The notes beneath the pieces were generated by a model that was given only the letters and a program-made list of their open reading frames with translations, ran no database searches and was not told where the DNA came from. From an uncultured Desulfospira sp. (lineage in GTDB: Bacteria; Desulfobacterota; Desulfobacteria; Desulfobacterales; Desulfobacteraceae), in the NCBI GenBank assembly GCA_963663165.1, contig OY760175.1, positions 2,368,001 to 2,432,000 of the forward strand: a stretch of DNA of 64,000 bases, read 5' to 3'. The position numbers were made by a program, and so were the translations under genes. Positions 40,393 through 49,723 of the stretch are shown piece by piece; position 1 is the first letter of the stretch; every line of letters starts with the position of its first letter.

Positions 40393-40775
40393 TAAACGAT
40401 CTGTTTCAACCTGGGATAAAAGGAAGAACCATTATGAAAAACCCCCTGGCCGGTTTTATTGCTGTCTGGCTTGTGCTGCTCACCTTCGGGGCGGCTGCAA
40501 CCCCCTGCCTTGCCACCGACGTGACGATATCCAAAATGGTGGGCAACCCCCCGACATTGAATATGAAGATAGGCATTTCCGTCACCATTTCTCCTTGTGA
40601 TACCACCAAGTATTACTACAATTATTATTATATCGACGAGGCCGAGGGCGTAACAGTGTTACTTGAGGAACGCGCTACTGAATGTAAAAATCACGAAATG
40701 TCCATCAGCATGCCCAAAAACTTTTTGCTGGACAACCCTGTATACTTTAAGGTGAAAGTTTCTTCGGAATTGTCA

Positions 40776-42156
40776 GGGCCTCAGAAAAATTAATATCCAC
40801 AATTCCATAGTCTGAATTCTAATTTCTATAGACAACATGGAATCGATAGTTTATGGTCAACATGGAAGATTACATAAAAAATACAGGAGGACCATGTTTG
40901 ATCATTCTAAGCACAATTTACCCAAAACTATATCGGAATTAACGCCACCACTAAAGGATTTTCTGAATACCACTCGAAGCAAATTAAAAGGCCATGAACG
41001 GCGCCAATTCATGGCACGCGTTGTCTCCCTTATGGGGCACGGCGGACAACTAAAGGCTGAAAGAGAACTGGGTTGGGATCGGAAAACAATAATCAAAGGG
41101 CGACGGGAAATAGAAAGCGGAGTTACCTGTGTTGATAATTTTTCCGGACGAGGCCGGAAATCGTGTTTAGAACATTTTCCGAATTTAAAAGAGGACATAA
41201 CTCGTATTGTAAACCCTATATGTCAGACTGATCCTACATTCCGTACCCAGAATTTATATTCCCCAATATCTGCGAATGAAGTATTCCGTCGATTAGTTGA
41301 CGACATGGGATATGACCCTGAGAATATGCCAACAGTACGGACTCTATCCACCATAATGAATAAATTGGGTTTTAAACTGAAGAAGGTCGCCAAAGCCAAG
41401 GTAAAAAAAAAATTCCTGAAACAGACATCATTTTTGAATATGTGCATAGGACAAACCAACTAGCCGATGAAACAGATGGCGTTTTACGTATCTCAATGGA
41501 CGCAAAAGCCACTATTAAAATAGGGCCTTATTCCCGAGGCGGATATAGTCGTTGCAATCTTAAAGCGGCGGACCATGATTTTAAACCCGATTCCCTTTTG
41601 AAACTTTTCGGTATCAACATACCTGCTCTGGATGAAAATTATATGTACTTCACTGAAAGCAACATCACCTCTGATTTCATGATTGATGCGCTGGAATCAC
41701 TCTGGCCTTCTTTGAACGCAAGATTCGCCCCACATACACTGGTGATCAATCTTGATAATGGGCCGGAAAATAGTAGCCGAAGGAGCCAATTCATTAGTCG
41801 CCTCGTGGACTTTGCCAAATCAGCATTTGTAAATATTAGTTTGGTGTACTATCCCCCGTACCACAGTAAATACAACCCAATAGAGCGAGTTTGGGGTGTT
41901 TTGGAAAATCATTGGAAAGGCGAATTGCTGAACAAAATTGAAAAGGTTCTCGGTCTATGTCGAACAATGACATGGAAAGGAGAAAATCCTGTCGTCAAAT
42001 TAATCAAAGGTGTTTACCCGACAGGGGTACGTTTGGTCAAGTCCGCCGTGAATAATATAGAAAACAAAATTATTCGGATTCCAGGGATTGAAAAATGGGC
42101 TGTTGATATTCCATGCTATGAGGAATGAATTGTGGGTTTTAATTTTACCACATCCC
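40776..42156 (+). mobile_element. ISAzo13-family insertion sequence
   Basis: Imperfect ~30-bp IRs (GGGCCTCAGAAAAATTAATATCCACAATTC / GAATTGTGGGTTTTAATTTTACCACATCCC), TCA duplicated on both sides, AT-rich interior. Confidence 0.88.
40894..42128 (+). CDS. ISAzo13-family DDE transposase in two frames (-1 shift at A10 run 41403-41412)
   Basis: ORF1 ...VAKAKVKK joins KKIPETDIIF...; ISMDAKA, DHDF, LDNGPE, YYPPYHSKYNPIER. Confidence 0.88.
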
Positions 42157-42833
42157 TCAGAGATTGGCGAAGCGCAAATGGATATCAGGGACTGTGAACT
42201 TGGTGGTGAGTGGGTTCGCGCCACGATTTCCTATAAACAGCCATACGAGTTCACCCCGGGCTGGAACCTGAAGTGCCTGCCCTGCGAACACAATGGAGAC
42301 ATCAGCTCGGCCTCCAAATGGTTGAGCGAACTCAGGGACCAGGGCGTTTTGGCCACAAAAATCAGGCGCTGGACCGGCAGTGCCTGGCAGACCTATACCC
42401 TGGGGGATACGTCCGGCGATTTTGACATCAGCCTTGGCTGGGGCTATTTCATCTATTCGGAGTCATCTGGTTCGTGGTCGAGGAAAGCCTTTCCTATAGG
42501 ATATGGAGCTTGGCTTCAATCAGGTTGTGGCGACTGCTGGGATCTCACTTTTGAAGACGGCTGGAATCTTGTGGGCGGCTACCTGTTTAACCAGACCACG
42601 GCCAAAAGCCTGCTTTACCGGCTGCAAAGCAAAGGCATCGACAAAATCATGAGATGGGACGGCAGCGGCTGGCAGACCTATACAAAAGACGCCCCCTTCG
42701 GCAATTTCGACCTGGACTACAACGTCGCCTATTTTATCCACAAAAGTCCGTGATCAAAAGTAACATCACAAATAAGCGGTTTATCCGTCTTCATTTGGAT
42801 GGTTGAAAATTGATTACTTTGAAAAGATAATCA

Positions 42834-43208
42834 TCAGATTTTTAAGTCATTGGTGATTTTTTGAATTGTACCAAGAAGTGTCGGTATTTTCTTCTTGCAT
42901 GTAAAAAATACAGTCTCAGCGTTTATGTCAGCATAATGATGGGTGATTATATCTCTCATACCTTTTGCTTTTTTCCAATCAACTTCCGGATACTTAGAAA
43001 GCAATTTATTATTGGTTACTTTATCGAGTTTTTTCAAAGATTCACCGATAACAATCAGCATCATGCAAATGGCATCCATTTTTTCGACACCGGCCGAAGT
43101 ATCTGTGAAATCATTTGGTTTGCTGATTGCCTGAAATCGCTGAACAACCTTCCGGGCTGCTTCCTGGATCTGGTGAAGAATTTCTATGATCAGTTCATTG
43201 TCACGCAT
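42834..43208 (-). CDS. HepT/DUF86 HEPN RNase toxin
   Basis: IGESLKKL, PEVDWKKAKGMRDIITHHY (R-x4-H). Confidence 0.9.
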   Translation of the reverse strand: MRDNELIIEILHQIQEAARKVVQRFQAISKPNDFTDTSAGVEKMDAICMMLIVIGESLKKLDKVTNNKLLSKYPEVDWKKAKGMRDIITHHYADINAETVFFTCKKKIPTLLGTIQKITNDLKI

Positions 43209-43491
43209 ACACAGCCTCATGATCTATTCGTTTCTTTAAAAAAGAATTCATTGTGTCTGTGTAAGTAACAATATCAACAGATTTTTTAAGCCTGTTTTCT
43301 AAATCGGTTTTTATCCCGGCAAGCATGAAAAAATCCGGTTCTGAGACCCGAATTACAATATCGACATCACTTTCATCATTTGCCTCTCCACGAGCAACGG
43401 ATCCGAATATTCCAATTTTTGAAATTTGATATTCATTGGCGACTTCTTTTTTATAAAGACTTAATATTTTCAACATACTTTGCACACCCAT
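43201..43491 (-). CDS. MNT nucleotidyltransferase antitoxin
   Basis: GIFGSVARGE...SDVDIV, VDIV; overlaps the HEPN gene. Confidence 0.92.
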   Translation of the reverse strand: MGVQSMLKILSLYKKEVANEYQISKIGIFGSVARGEANDESDVDIVIRVSEPDFFMLAGIKTDLENRLKKSVDIVTYTDTMNSFLKKRIDHEAVYA

Positions 43492-43704
43492 GAAGACCTC
43501 TTACATTTTTTGTTGTGTTTCGTATCTGATGATACTGATGTCAATTTTACCATTTGCTAAAAATAGTACAACTTATTTGTTATTGTTCCCAGCCACGATA
43601 TACTCTTTGTTGGAAGCGGTTTGCGCTCCAATTTTCCTAATAGCCTGCCAATTTTTCCATGATGGGATTTGAAAGAGGCAGTCATCCGCCTCTTTTTTCC
43701 ATCC

Positions 43705-43811
43705 GACGGCAGCGGCCGGCAGACCTATACGGCCGGCGCCCCCTTCGGCAATTTTGACCTGGACTACAAGAGTGCCTATTTTATCCACAAAAATCCGTGA
43801 TCAAAAGTAAC
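43705..43811 (+). repeat. 107-bp diverged copy of 42658-42764 (gene 3' end)
   Basis: GACGGCAGCGGC...CCGTGATCAAAAGTAAC; 12 mismatches by manual count, no indels. Confidence 0.9.
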
Positions 43812-43954
43812 GGGTAGCTCAGCCGACCGGGGATACAGCCAAGCAGGTTGTCGAAGCCAAGTTCTTTCGAAAACCAAAGGCTTCCTAAAAGCTGATAGCC
43901 TCCCCGGGGGGTGGCCGCAGCGTATACCCATTTTTTTGTTTTATTATCAGAATA

Positions 43955-44194
43955 TTACAACTTATCATAACTTTCAGGCTCTACATGGGGAACATTCTTT
44001 AATACTCTTAAAAAGTCCTCACGACTTCCTTTTTCGGCTTCTCTTTCCAAATAGTCATGGGTCATTAATGCAGATAATTTTTCTGCAGCAGCCGTAACCA
44101 AAAATTGATTAATAGATACCCCATCAGCTTTAGCCTGTTGTTTTAGCGAATGGTGAAGAGATTTAGGAAGTCTTAAAGTTAATGTGCTACCCAT
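43955..44194 (-). CDS. RHH/HicB-like antitoxin
   Basis: LTLRLPKSLH...DGVSINQF...AAAEK; GGAGG RBS; downstream of the PIN gene. Confidence 0.85.
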   Translation of the reverse strand: MGSTLTLRLPKSLHHSLKQQAKADGVSINQFLVTAAAEKLSALMTHDYLEREAEKGSREDFLRVLKNVPHVEPESYDKL

Positions 44195-44207
44195 TTTACA
44201 CCTCCCC

Positions 44208-44301
44208 TATAACCGTCACGGACGGCTTGGATTATCCAACCAAGCACCGCCCACAACAAATATTGAAAGTCTTCTCAGGACGTTAGTGAGACTTTCATAT
44301 A
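44208..44301 (-). repeat. Dispersed two-hairpin repeat, copy 4 (L2/R2)
   Basis: TATAACCGTCACGGACGG...GTGAGACTTTCATATA, overlapping the PIN 3' end. Confidence 0.9.
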
Positions 44302-44709
44302 AATAGAAAGAAATTCTTTTGGTCTGATTGGCTCCACCCCAAAGTTTTGAATATTGGAAAAATCTTTCAGATTATATGTGATAATATAGTCACACTGTGA
44401 AGCTACTGCTAATTCTAAAACCAAATCATCCTTTGGATCTTTTAGCCATGGACGCCATAAATAAAAAATTTTTTGGTGTTCAGCTATTTTGCACAAGTAA
44501 CGCAAAAAAGCTAAAATTTCTTCTTTTGTATTTTTACCCGTCATATGTTCAGGCCTTGTCAAAACATCTTGATATTCTAAATACAAGGGAACTGAAATAT
44601 AGAAATCGAATTCATTTGATGGGAGTATTGACATGAGAGCATATGATGCTCCCATGTCAGATTTCATGGCAGAAACCAAAATGTTTGTATCTATTACAAC
44701 TCTCATCAT
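44275..44709 (-). CDS. PIN-domain putative toxin
   Basis: VVIDTNILVSA, DPKDDLVLELAVA, IITYNLKDF. Confidence 0.9.
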   Translation of the reverse strand: MMRVVIDTNILVSAMKSDMGASYALMSILPSNEFDFYISVPLYLEYQDVLTRPEHMTGKNTKEEILAFLRYLCKIAEHQKIFYLWRPWLKDPKDDLVLELAVASQCDYIITYNLKDFSNIQNFGVEPIRPKEFLSIYMKVSLTS

Positions 44710-44804
44710 GGTTTCATATATAACACTAGAATATTAAATTGACAAATTGAATTTTGGGTTTAGCCTATCCGTATTGTTTAAGGTATAACATTTGCGAGGA
44801 ATGA

Positions 44805-45935
44805 ATGTCTAAAGCTGTAGAAAAAGCAATCAGAGAACTGGTGCTGGACAGACGCGGAAACCCCTGTTTTGCATCCGCTCCTGATTACTCTAAAGTGGAG
44901 GCCTTACGGCCATTTTGGCAACAAATGGAATCAACGGGGAATTTGATTACCATTGTCTGGGACTATGCAAAAAACGACTTCCTCTATATTTCCGACAAAT
45001 TCTTCAATTATTTCGGATTCGATCCTGAAAACGTTTACCGGGAAAAACTGGCCTATCCTCTGAACCGGCTGGTTCCCGTTGATGCCATGGTCATGATGAA
45101 CGGGTCTGCTTTTGTTTGGGATTATGTGTCCGGTCTCCCGGTTGATCAGCGCAAAAATTACAAGGTAATCGCGGAATACCGGATGAAAAACGACCAGGAT
45201 AAAATGATCCGCGTCCACTACCAGAACATTACGCTTGAATTAACCGATACAGGCGATGTCTGGCTCAGCATGATGCTCTTTGAACTCTCCTCGGACCAGA
45301 ATATGGAAACCCCGGGCAATATCTCATGTATTGATGCCGTCTCCGGGGAGACCATATTGACGGTGGACCAGGTCAAAGAAAACCTTCTTACAAAAATATT
45401 GTCCGAGCAGGAACTTGATGTGTTGAAGCGGATGGCAAAAAAAGAGGACTCAGGGCAGATCGCCGCCGCACTGGGGATCAGCAGAAAAACAGCTGATCAA
45501 TTTCACACACAAATTATCAACAAGCTCAAGGTCGCAGATATCAACGAGGCCACAGCCTTGATCAAGGATCTATTTAAAGGTTCAGCCCCTGCCTGGGACC
45601 GGATCGTTCCAAACGACACCCCGGCATCGCTGCCCGAGCTGATTGTTGATCTGATGAACCGGGCCATCCACTACTGGGTGGCGTCCACCGGCCGGACAAA
45701 GGCGGACCTGGCAGAGGAGTCCAAAATATGGCGGGTATATCAAGATCTCAACGGTTGGCGTCGGACCCAGACCCTGGATAAATACCTGGATATTCATACC
45801 CTGCCCAAAAGTCCTCGCATCACCCAGGTTCTGCAGACCGCCTACTACGTCTTGAAGACCTGCGAGACCCCGTCCGCCCGACGGGATAAGCTTGAGGCCG
45901 CAATTAAACGAGTAAGGGAAAAACAGGGGCGATAA
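44805..45935 (+). CDS. PAS-like plus LuxR-HTH regulator with extra C-terminal domain
   Basis: PAS-like (FLYISD, AEYRMK), LSEQELDVLKRMAK...IAAALGISRKT HTH, then ~100-aa helical domain. Confidence 0.7.
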   Translation: MSKAVEKAIRELVLDRRGNPCFASAPDYSKVEALRPFWQQMESTGNLITIVWDYAKNDFLYISDKFFNYFGFDPENVYREKLAYPLNRLVPVDAMVMMNGSAFVWDYVSGLPVDQRKNYKVIAEYRMKNDQDKMIRVHYQNITLELTDTGDVWLSMMLFELSSDQNMETPGNISCIDAVSGETILTVDQVKENLLTKILSEQELDVLKRMAKKEDSGQIAAALGISRKTADQFHTQIINKLKVADINEATALIKDLFKGSAPAWDRIVPNDTPASLPELIVDLMNRAIHYWVASTGRTKADLAEESKIWRVYQDLNGWRRTQTLDKYLDIHTLPKSPRITQVLQTAYYVLKTCETPSARRDKLEAAIKRVREKQGR

Positions 45936-45990
45936 ATAAAAAAAAGAAATTAGAAAGTTCCAATAAGTTGCTGAAATACTTTCTTAGTTT

Positions 45991-46036
45991 GTTGTGGGCT
46001 GTACCTCAGTACTGATATATCAGGTCAGCCCACGGC
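45991..46036. terminator. Long hairpin between convergent genes
   Basis: GTTGTGGGCTG-T-ACCT...AGGT-CAGCCCACGGC. Confidence 0.45.
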
Positions 46037-46091
46037 TGTTATAAGAACTTGCTTTCCGACTCCCAACGCGGGACCACAGCAAGGGCAGGGG

Positions 46092-47837
46092 TCAAAATTT
46101 CCATCCCTTAAGCTGCTGCTGTTCGTCCCAAAGGAATTTGTATATGCCCTGGCGCGACATCAGGTTTTCATGGGTTCCTTGTTCCGCAATGGTGCCTTTG
46201 TCGATCACCACGATGTTATCGGCTCTGGAAATGGTGTTGAGCCGGTGGGCAATCACCACCACGGTTTTATTTTTCACCAGTTCGTCAATGGCTTTTTGAA
46301 TATGCAGTTCATTTTCCGGGTCAAGGGCGGCTGTGGCCTCATCCAGCAGAACAATGGGGGCGTCCTTAAGAAGGGCCCGGGCAATGGAGATGCGTTGCTT
46401 TTCTCCTCCGGACAGGGTGCTGCCGCCCTCTCCTACCATGGTGTGATATCCTTTGGGCAGGGCCAAGATAAAATCGTGGCAGCAGGCTGCCCGGGCCGCG
46501 GCCTCCACCTGCTGCCGGGTGGCGCCGGGACGGCCGATTTGAATATTATTGAAAATGGTTTCATTGAACAGATAGACATCCTGAAATACCATGGAAATAT
46601 GGGCCAGCAAATGGTCGGTTGTGTATGTTTTGATATTTTTTCCGCCAATACGGATTTCACCCTCTTTGACATCCCAGAAACGGGCGATCAGTCTGGTCAG
46701 GGTGGTCTTTCCCGAGCCTGACGGCCCCACCAGAGCCGTGAGGGCATTTTCAGGAATCTGAAGGCTGATTTTGTTTAGCACAGGGGTGTCGCCATAGCCA
46801 AAAACCACATTTTTGAGCTGGATGTCATGGCGCTCAATTTTCTCAGATGGGCTTGCCTCGGGCAGGGGATCAGTCTTAAGCAGCTTGTCCACACGTTCCA
46901 CCCCAAGCTTGTAGTAGTTGATTTCGGCCATGAATATCAGGGCGTACAAAAGCGGTTCGTAAATCCTGGGTCCTAAAATGAGAAACATGATATAAACGGG
47001 AAGTGAAATTTCACCGGCTGCAATTAACGTAAAGCCGAAAATGATGATAAATGTAAATCCGCCGTTCAATATAAAGGAAGAGAACAGGACCGTGGGCCCG
47101 GAGGCGGTTTCCAGTTTGATGCTTTGAACCTTTAACCGGTGAAAGGCCTTTTCCAGGCGGCTGAACTTTGTCCCGCCCAGGTTAAAGGCCTTGATCAGGC
47201 GGACACCCTGGATGTATTCGATCATGCGTGAGGCGGATTCCATTTTATATTTCTGGTGCCGTTCCCCGAAATACCGGATCAGCCGAAAGGAGATCCAGGC
47301 CGCAGGCCATGCTGCGGGAATGACCAGGGCTGCGGCCAGGGCAAGCTTCCAGCTCATAAGGCAGAGGCAGGCCAGCAAGGCCGCCGGTGCGGCCAGGGCA
47401 CCGCACAACTGGGGGAAGAGATGGGAGAGCAGCTGCTCGATGTTGGCATAGTCCGAAACAAGGTAGGCGCCAATGTCGCCGGGATCCTGGGTGTTGTAAA
47501 ATCCCATGGAGAGTTTTCTCAAGTGATCGGCAATTTTCAGCCGGCCCTCGCCGCAGATCTCATAACTGCCTTTGTAGGCGGCAAAATAGGCCTTCCGGCT
47601 GATAAAAAAGAGCAGCACCAGAGAGATGAACAGGGCCCCGCACCAGCACAGAACACGCGGCACATCCAGGGGGGTGCCGGGATATTGTACGGGTTTGAAA
47701 AGCTCCCAAACCACGAGCATCAATATGCCATACGGCGCACCGCGAAAAAAATATTCAAGAACGGTCCATCCCACAAGGGGTCTTAGCCGGTGGGGTTGGC
47801 CCATGGTGGCGGCGTTCATCATCGCCTGGTAATTCAT
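46092..47837 (-). CDS. ABC transporter permease/ATPase, YbtQ/IrtB-like
   Basis: GPSGSGKT, LSGGEKQR, LDEATAALDPENE, ends GWKF. Confidence 0.9.
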   Translation of the reverse strand: MNYQAMMNAATMGQPHRLRPLVGWTVLEYFFRGAPYGILMLVVWELFKPVQYPGTPLDVPRVLCWCGALFISLVLLFFISRKAYFAAYKGSYEICGEGRLKIADHLRKLSMGFYNTQDPGDIGAYLVSDYANIEQLLSHLFPQLCGALAAPAALLACLCLMSWKLALAAALVIPAAWPAAWISFRLIRYFGERHQKYKMESASRMIEYIQGVRLIKAFNLGGTKFSRLEKAFHRLKVQSIKLETASGPTVLFSSFILNGGFTFIIIFGFTLIAAGEISLPVYIMFLILGPRIYEPLLYALIFMAEINYYKLGVERVDKLLKTDPLPEASPSEKIERHDIQLKNVVFGYGDTPVLNKISLQIPENALTALVGPSGSGKTTLTRLIARFWDVKEGEIRIGGKNIKTYTTDHLLAHISMVFQDVYLFNETIFNNIQIGRPGATRQQVEAAARAACCHDFILALPKGYHTMVGEGGSTLSGGEKQRISIARALLKDAPIVLLDEATAALDPENELHIQKAIDELVKNKTVVVIAHRLNTISRADNIVVIDKGTIAEQGTHENLMSRQGIYKFLWDEQQQLKGWKF

Positions 47838-47879
47838 GTGATTATCTCCTTAAAACACCCTGGTAAAGGTATGGGGCTG

Positions 47880-49718
47880 TTATGCGGTTTCCTGCTTTTC
47901 TTCTCCGATTGCAGCAGGCCTTGTGTGCGGGGTCAGCACCCACTCACGGGACCGGGAATACATCTGCCACATCCGGCTGTATAAACCATTCTGGGCCAGA
48001 AGATCTTGATGCCGCCCCTGCTCTGCAATCACACCGTGATCCACCACCAGGATTTGATCGGCGCTGGTAATGGTGCTCAACCGATGGGCAATGACCAGAA
48101 CGGTCCTGCCCCGGATCAGATGGGAAAAGGCCGCCAGAATATGGCGTTCATTTTCCGGGTCTGCATAGGCGGTGGCTTCGTCCAGAACAAGGATGGGCGC
48201 ATCTTTCAACACTGCCCGGGCAAGAGCAATGCGCTGTTGTTCGCCACCGGAAAGATAAGCCCCGCCTTTGCCCACCACCGTCTGATACCCGTTTTCCAAG
48301 GACTGGATGAATTCGTGGCATTGGGCGGCCCTGGCCGCGGCCGTCACCGCCTCAAAGGAGGCGGTGCTGTTGCCCATGCGGATGTTCTCTTCAATGGTGT
48401 CAAAAAACAGCATGTTATCCTGGAAAACAAAGGCCACATGGTCCATTAAATCCCTGGTGGAAATCTTTGTAACCGGCACCCCCCCGATGCGGATTTCACC
48501 GGATTTCACATCCCAGAACCTTGCTGTCAGCATCCCGATGGTACTTTTCCCCGCCCCCGAAGGCCCGACCAGCGCGGTCACGGAACCGGGCTTGGCAAGA
48601 AATGACACGTTTTTGAGTACAGGCGTTTCATCATAGGCAAAGGTGACGTTGCAAAATTCCACGGCAGCCCCAACCGGCCGGAGGGGATGTTCAGGTTCGC
48701 TGATTTCCGGCTGATCCAGAAGGCCGTCAATCAGCCCCACTCCTAATGCGTTCTGGTTGAGATAGCCGCTCATGTAAAGCAATTTGAGCAATGGGAAAAA
48801 CATGCCCCCGCCAAGGATGAGAAATAAAAATACCGTGGGAAGATAATCCGCATAGGAGGGTGCTTTCAAAAGAAGGAACAGGGACACGGGAATCAAAAAC
48901 AAAATGGTTGAGCAGAGCATGGTTAAAAACCCGGTGTAGGTCAGGGCGAATTTTTGGGTGATCACCATGCTGAAATCCCTGAAATCCGTAATATCTTTTT
49001 TTAACCGCTCAAAGCTGTCCATGGACCGGCCAAACACCTTGACCACCTGGATCCCGCGGACAAACTCGACAATACCGGCGTTCATGCGCCCCAGGGCTTT
49101 GTGGAAATCGGCATACTGTTTTTTGTTTTTGGGCACAAGCATCATGGAGGCCTGAATACTTAAAGCGGCGATAAATACCGCCAGAACCACCAGGGCCTGC
49201 CGAAAGTCCACATAAAAAAGATACCCCATCATGAGCAACGGAAAAACCACGGCCGCGGTCACATCGGGGATGTGATGGGCCACGAACAATTCAATTCGTT
49301 CAACATCTTCGGACATGATTTTTTTAATTTCCCCGGATGCCTGTCTGGTAAAATACCCCATGGGCAGCCGGGCAAGCTTTCGGGAAAGGGCCACCCGCAG
49401 CTCATACAGGATGTTGAAGGCGGCAATGTGGGACAGTGTCAATGATGCGTAGGTCACCATGCCGTAAAGGCATACGGCCACAAGGCTGATCCATCCCCAG
49501 CCGTAGACCAGGTCCTTGTCCAAAAGGCTTATATCGGCGGCATGGGCGGAAAGTTCCCGGATAATCATATACACGGCCACATAAGGGACAAACTGAATGA
49601 TGGATGCGATTACGGCAAGGATCATTGAGGCGATCAGCCACCACTTTCTGGTTCCCGCGATTTCGATGAGCCGCGGGATACCGGTTTTGCGCTTTTTTGG
49701 TTTCACGAAAGTGTCCAC
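47880..49718 (-). CDS. ABC transporter permease/ATPase, YbtP/IrtA-like
   Basis: SHIAAFNILYELR, GPSGAGKS, LDEATAYADPENE; GTG start. Confidence 0.9.
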   Translation of the reverse strand: MDTFVKPKKRKTGIPRLIEIAGTRKWWLIASMILAVIASIIQFVPYVAVYMIIRELSAHAADISLLDKDLVYGWGWISLVAVCLYGMVTYASLTLSHIAAFNILYELRVALSRKLARLPMGYFTRQASGEIKKIMSEDVERIELFVAHHIPDVTAAVVFPLLMMGYLFYVDFRQALVVLAVFIAALSIQASMMLVPKNKKQYADFHKALGRMNAGIVEFVRGIQVVKVFGRSMDSFERLKKDITDFRDFSMVITQKFALTYTGFLTMLCSTILFLIPVSLFLLLKAPSYADYLPTVFLFLILGGGMFFPLLKLLYMSGYLNQNALGVGLIDGLLDQPEISEPEHPLRPVGAAVEFCNVTFAYDETPVLKNVSFLAKPGSVTALVGPSGAGKSTIGMLTARFWDVKSGEIRIGGVPVTKISTRDLMDHVAFVFQDNMLFFDTIEENIRMGNSTASFEAVTAAARAAQCHEFIQSLENGYQTVVGKGGAYLSGGEQQRIALARAVLKDAPILVLDEATAYADPENERHILAAFSHLIRGRTVLVIAHRLSTITSADQILVVDHGVIAEQGRHQDLLAQNGLYSRMWQMYSRSREWVLTPHTRPAAIGEEKQETA

Positions 49719-49723
49719 TGTTC

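Larger units (their letters stand above)
40434..42753 (+). pseudogene. Secreted protein gene split by an IS (40434-40775 plus 42160-42753; 311 aa if rejoined)
   Basis: Removing the IS and one TCA restores ...KVSSELS-EIGEAQMD... in frame; signal peptide; two GWNL...RW.G..WQTY...DF/NF...YFI repeats. Confidence 0.85.

Noticed and set aside
42658..43811. Possible DGR template/variable repeat pair, given an RT in the window
   Set aside because: Only 5 of 12 (or 2 of 12) mismatches are at adenines in either copy, and the RT lies within a complete group II intron
43811..43890. tRNA-like start GGGTAGCTCAG
   Set aside because: No T-loop GTTCRA in position and no acceptor stem or cloverleaf
42764..44800. 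Integron cassette array (tandem AT-rich TA genes)
   Set aside because: No convincing attC core and inverse core sites and no integrase seen
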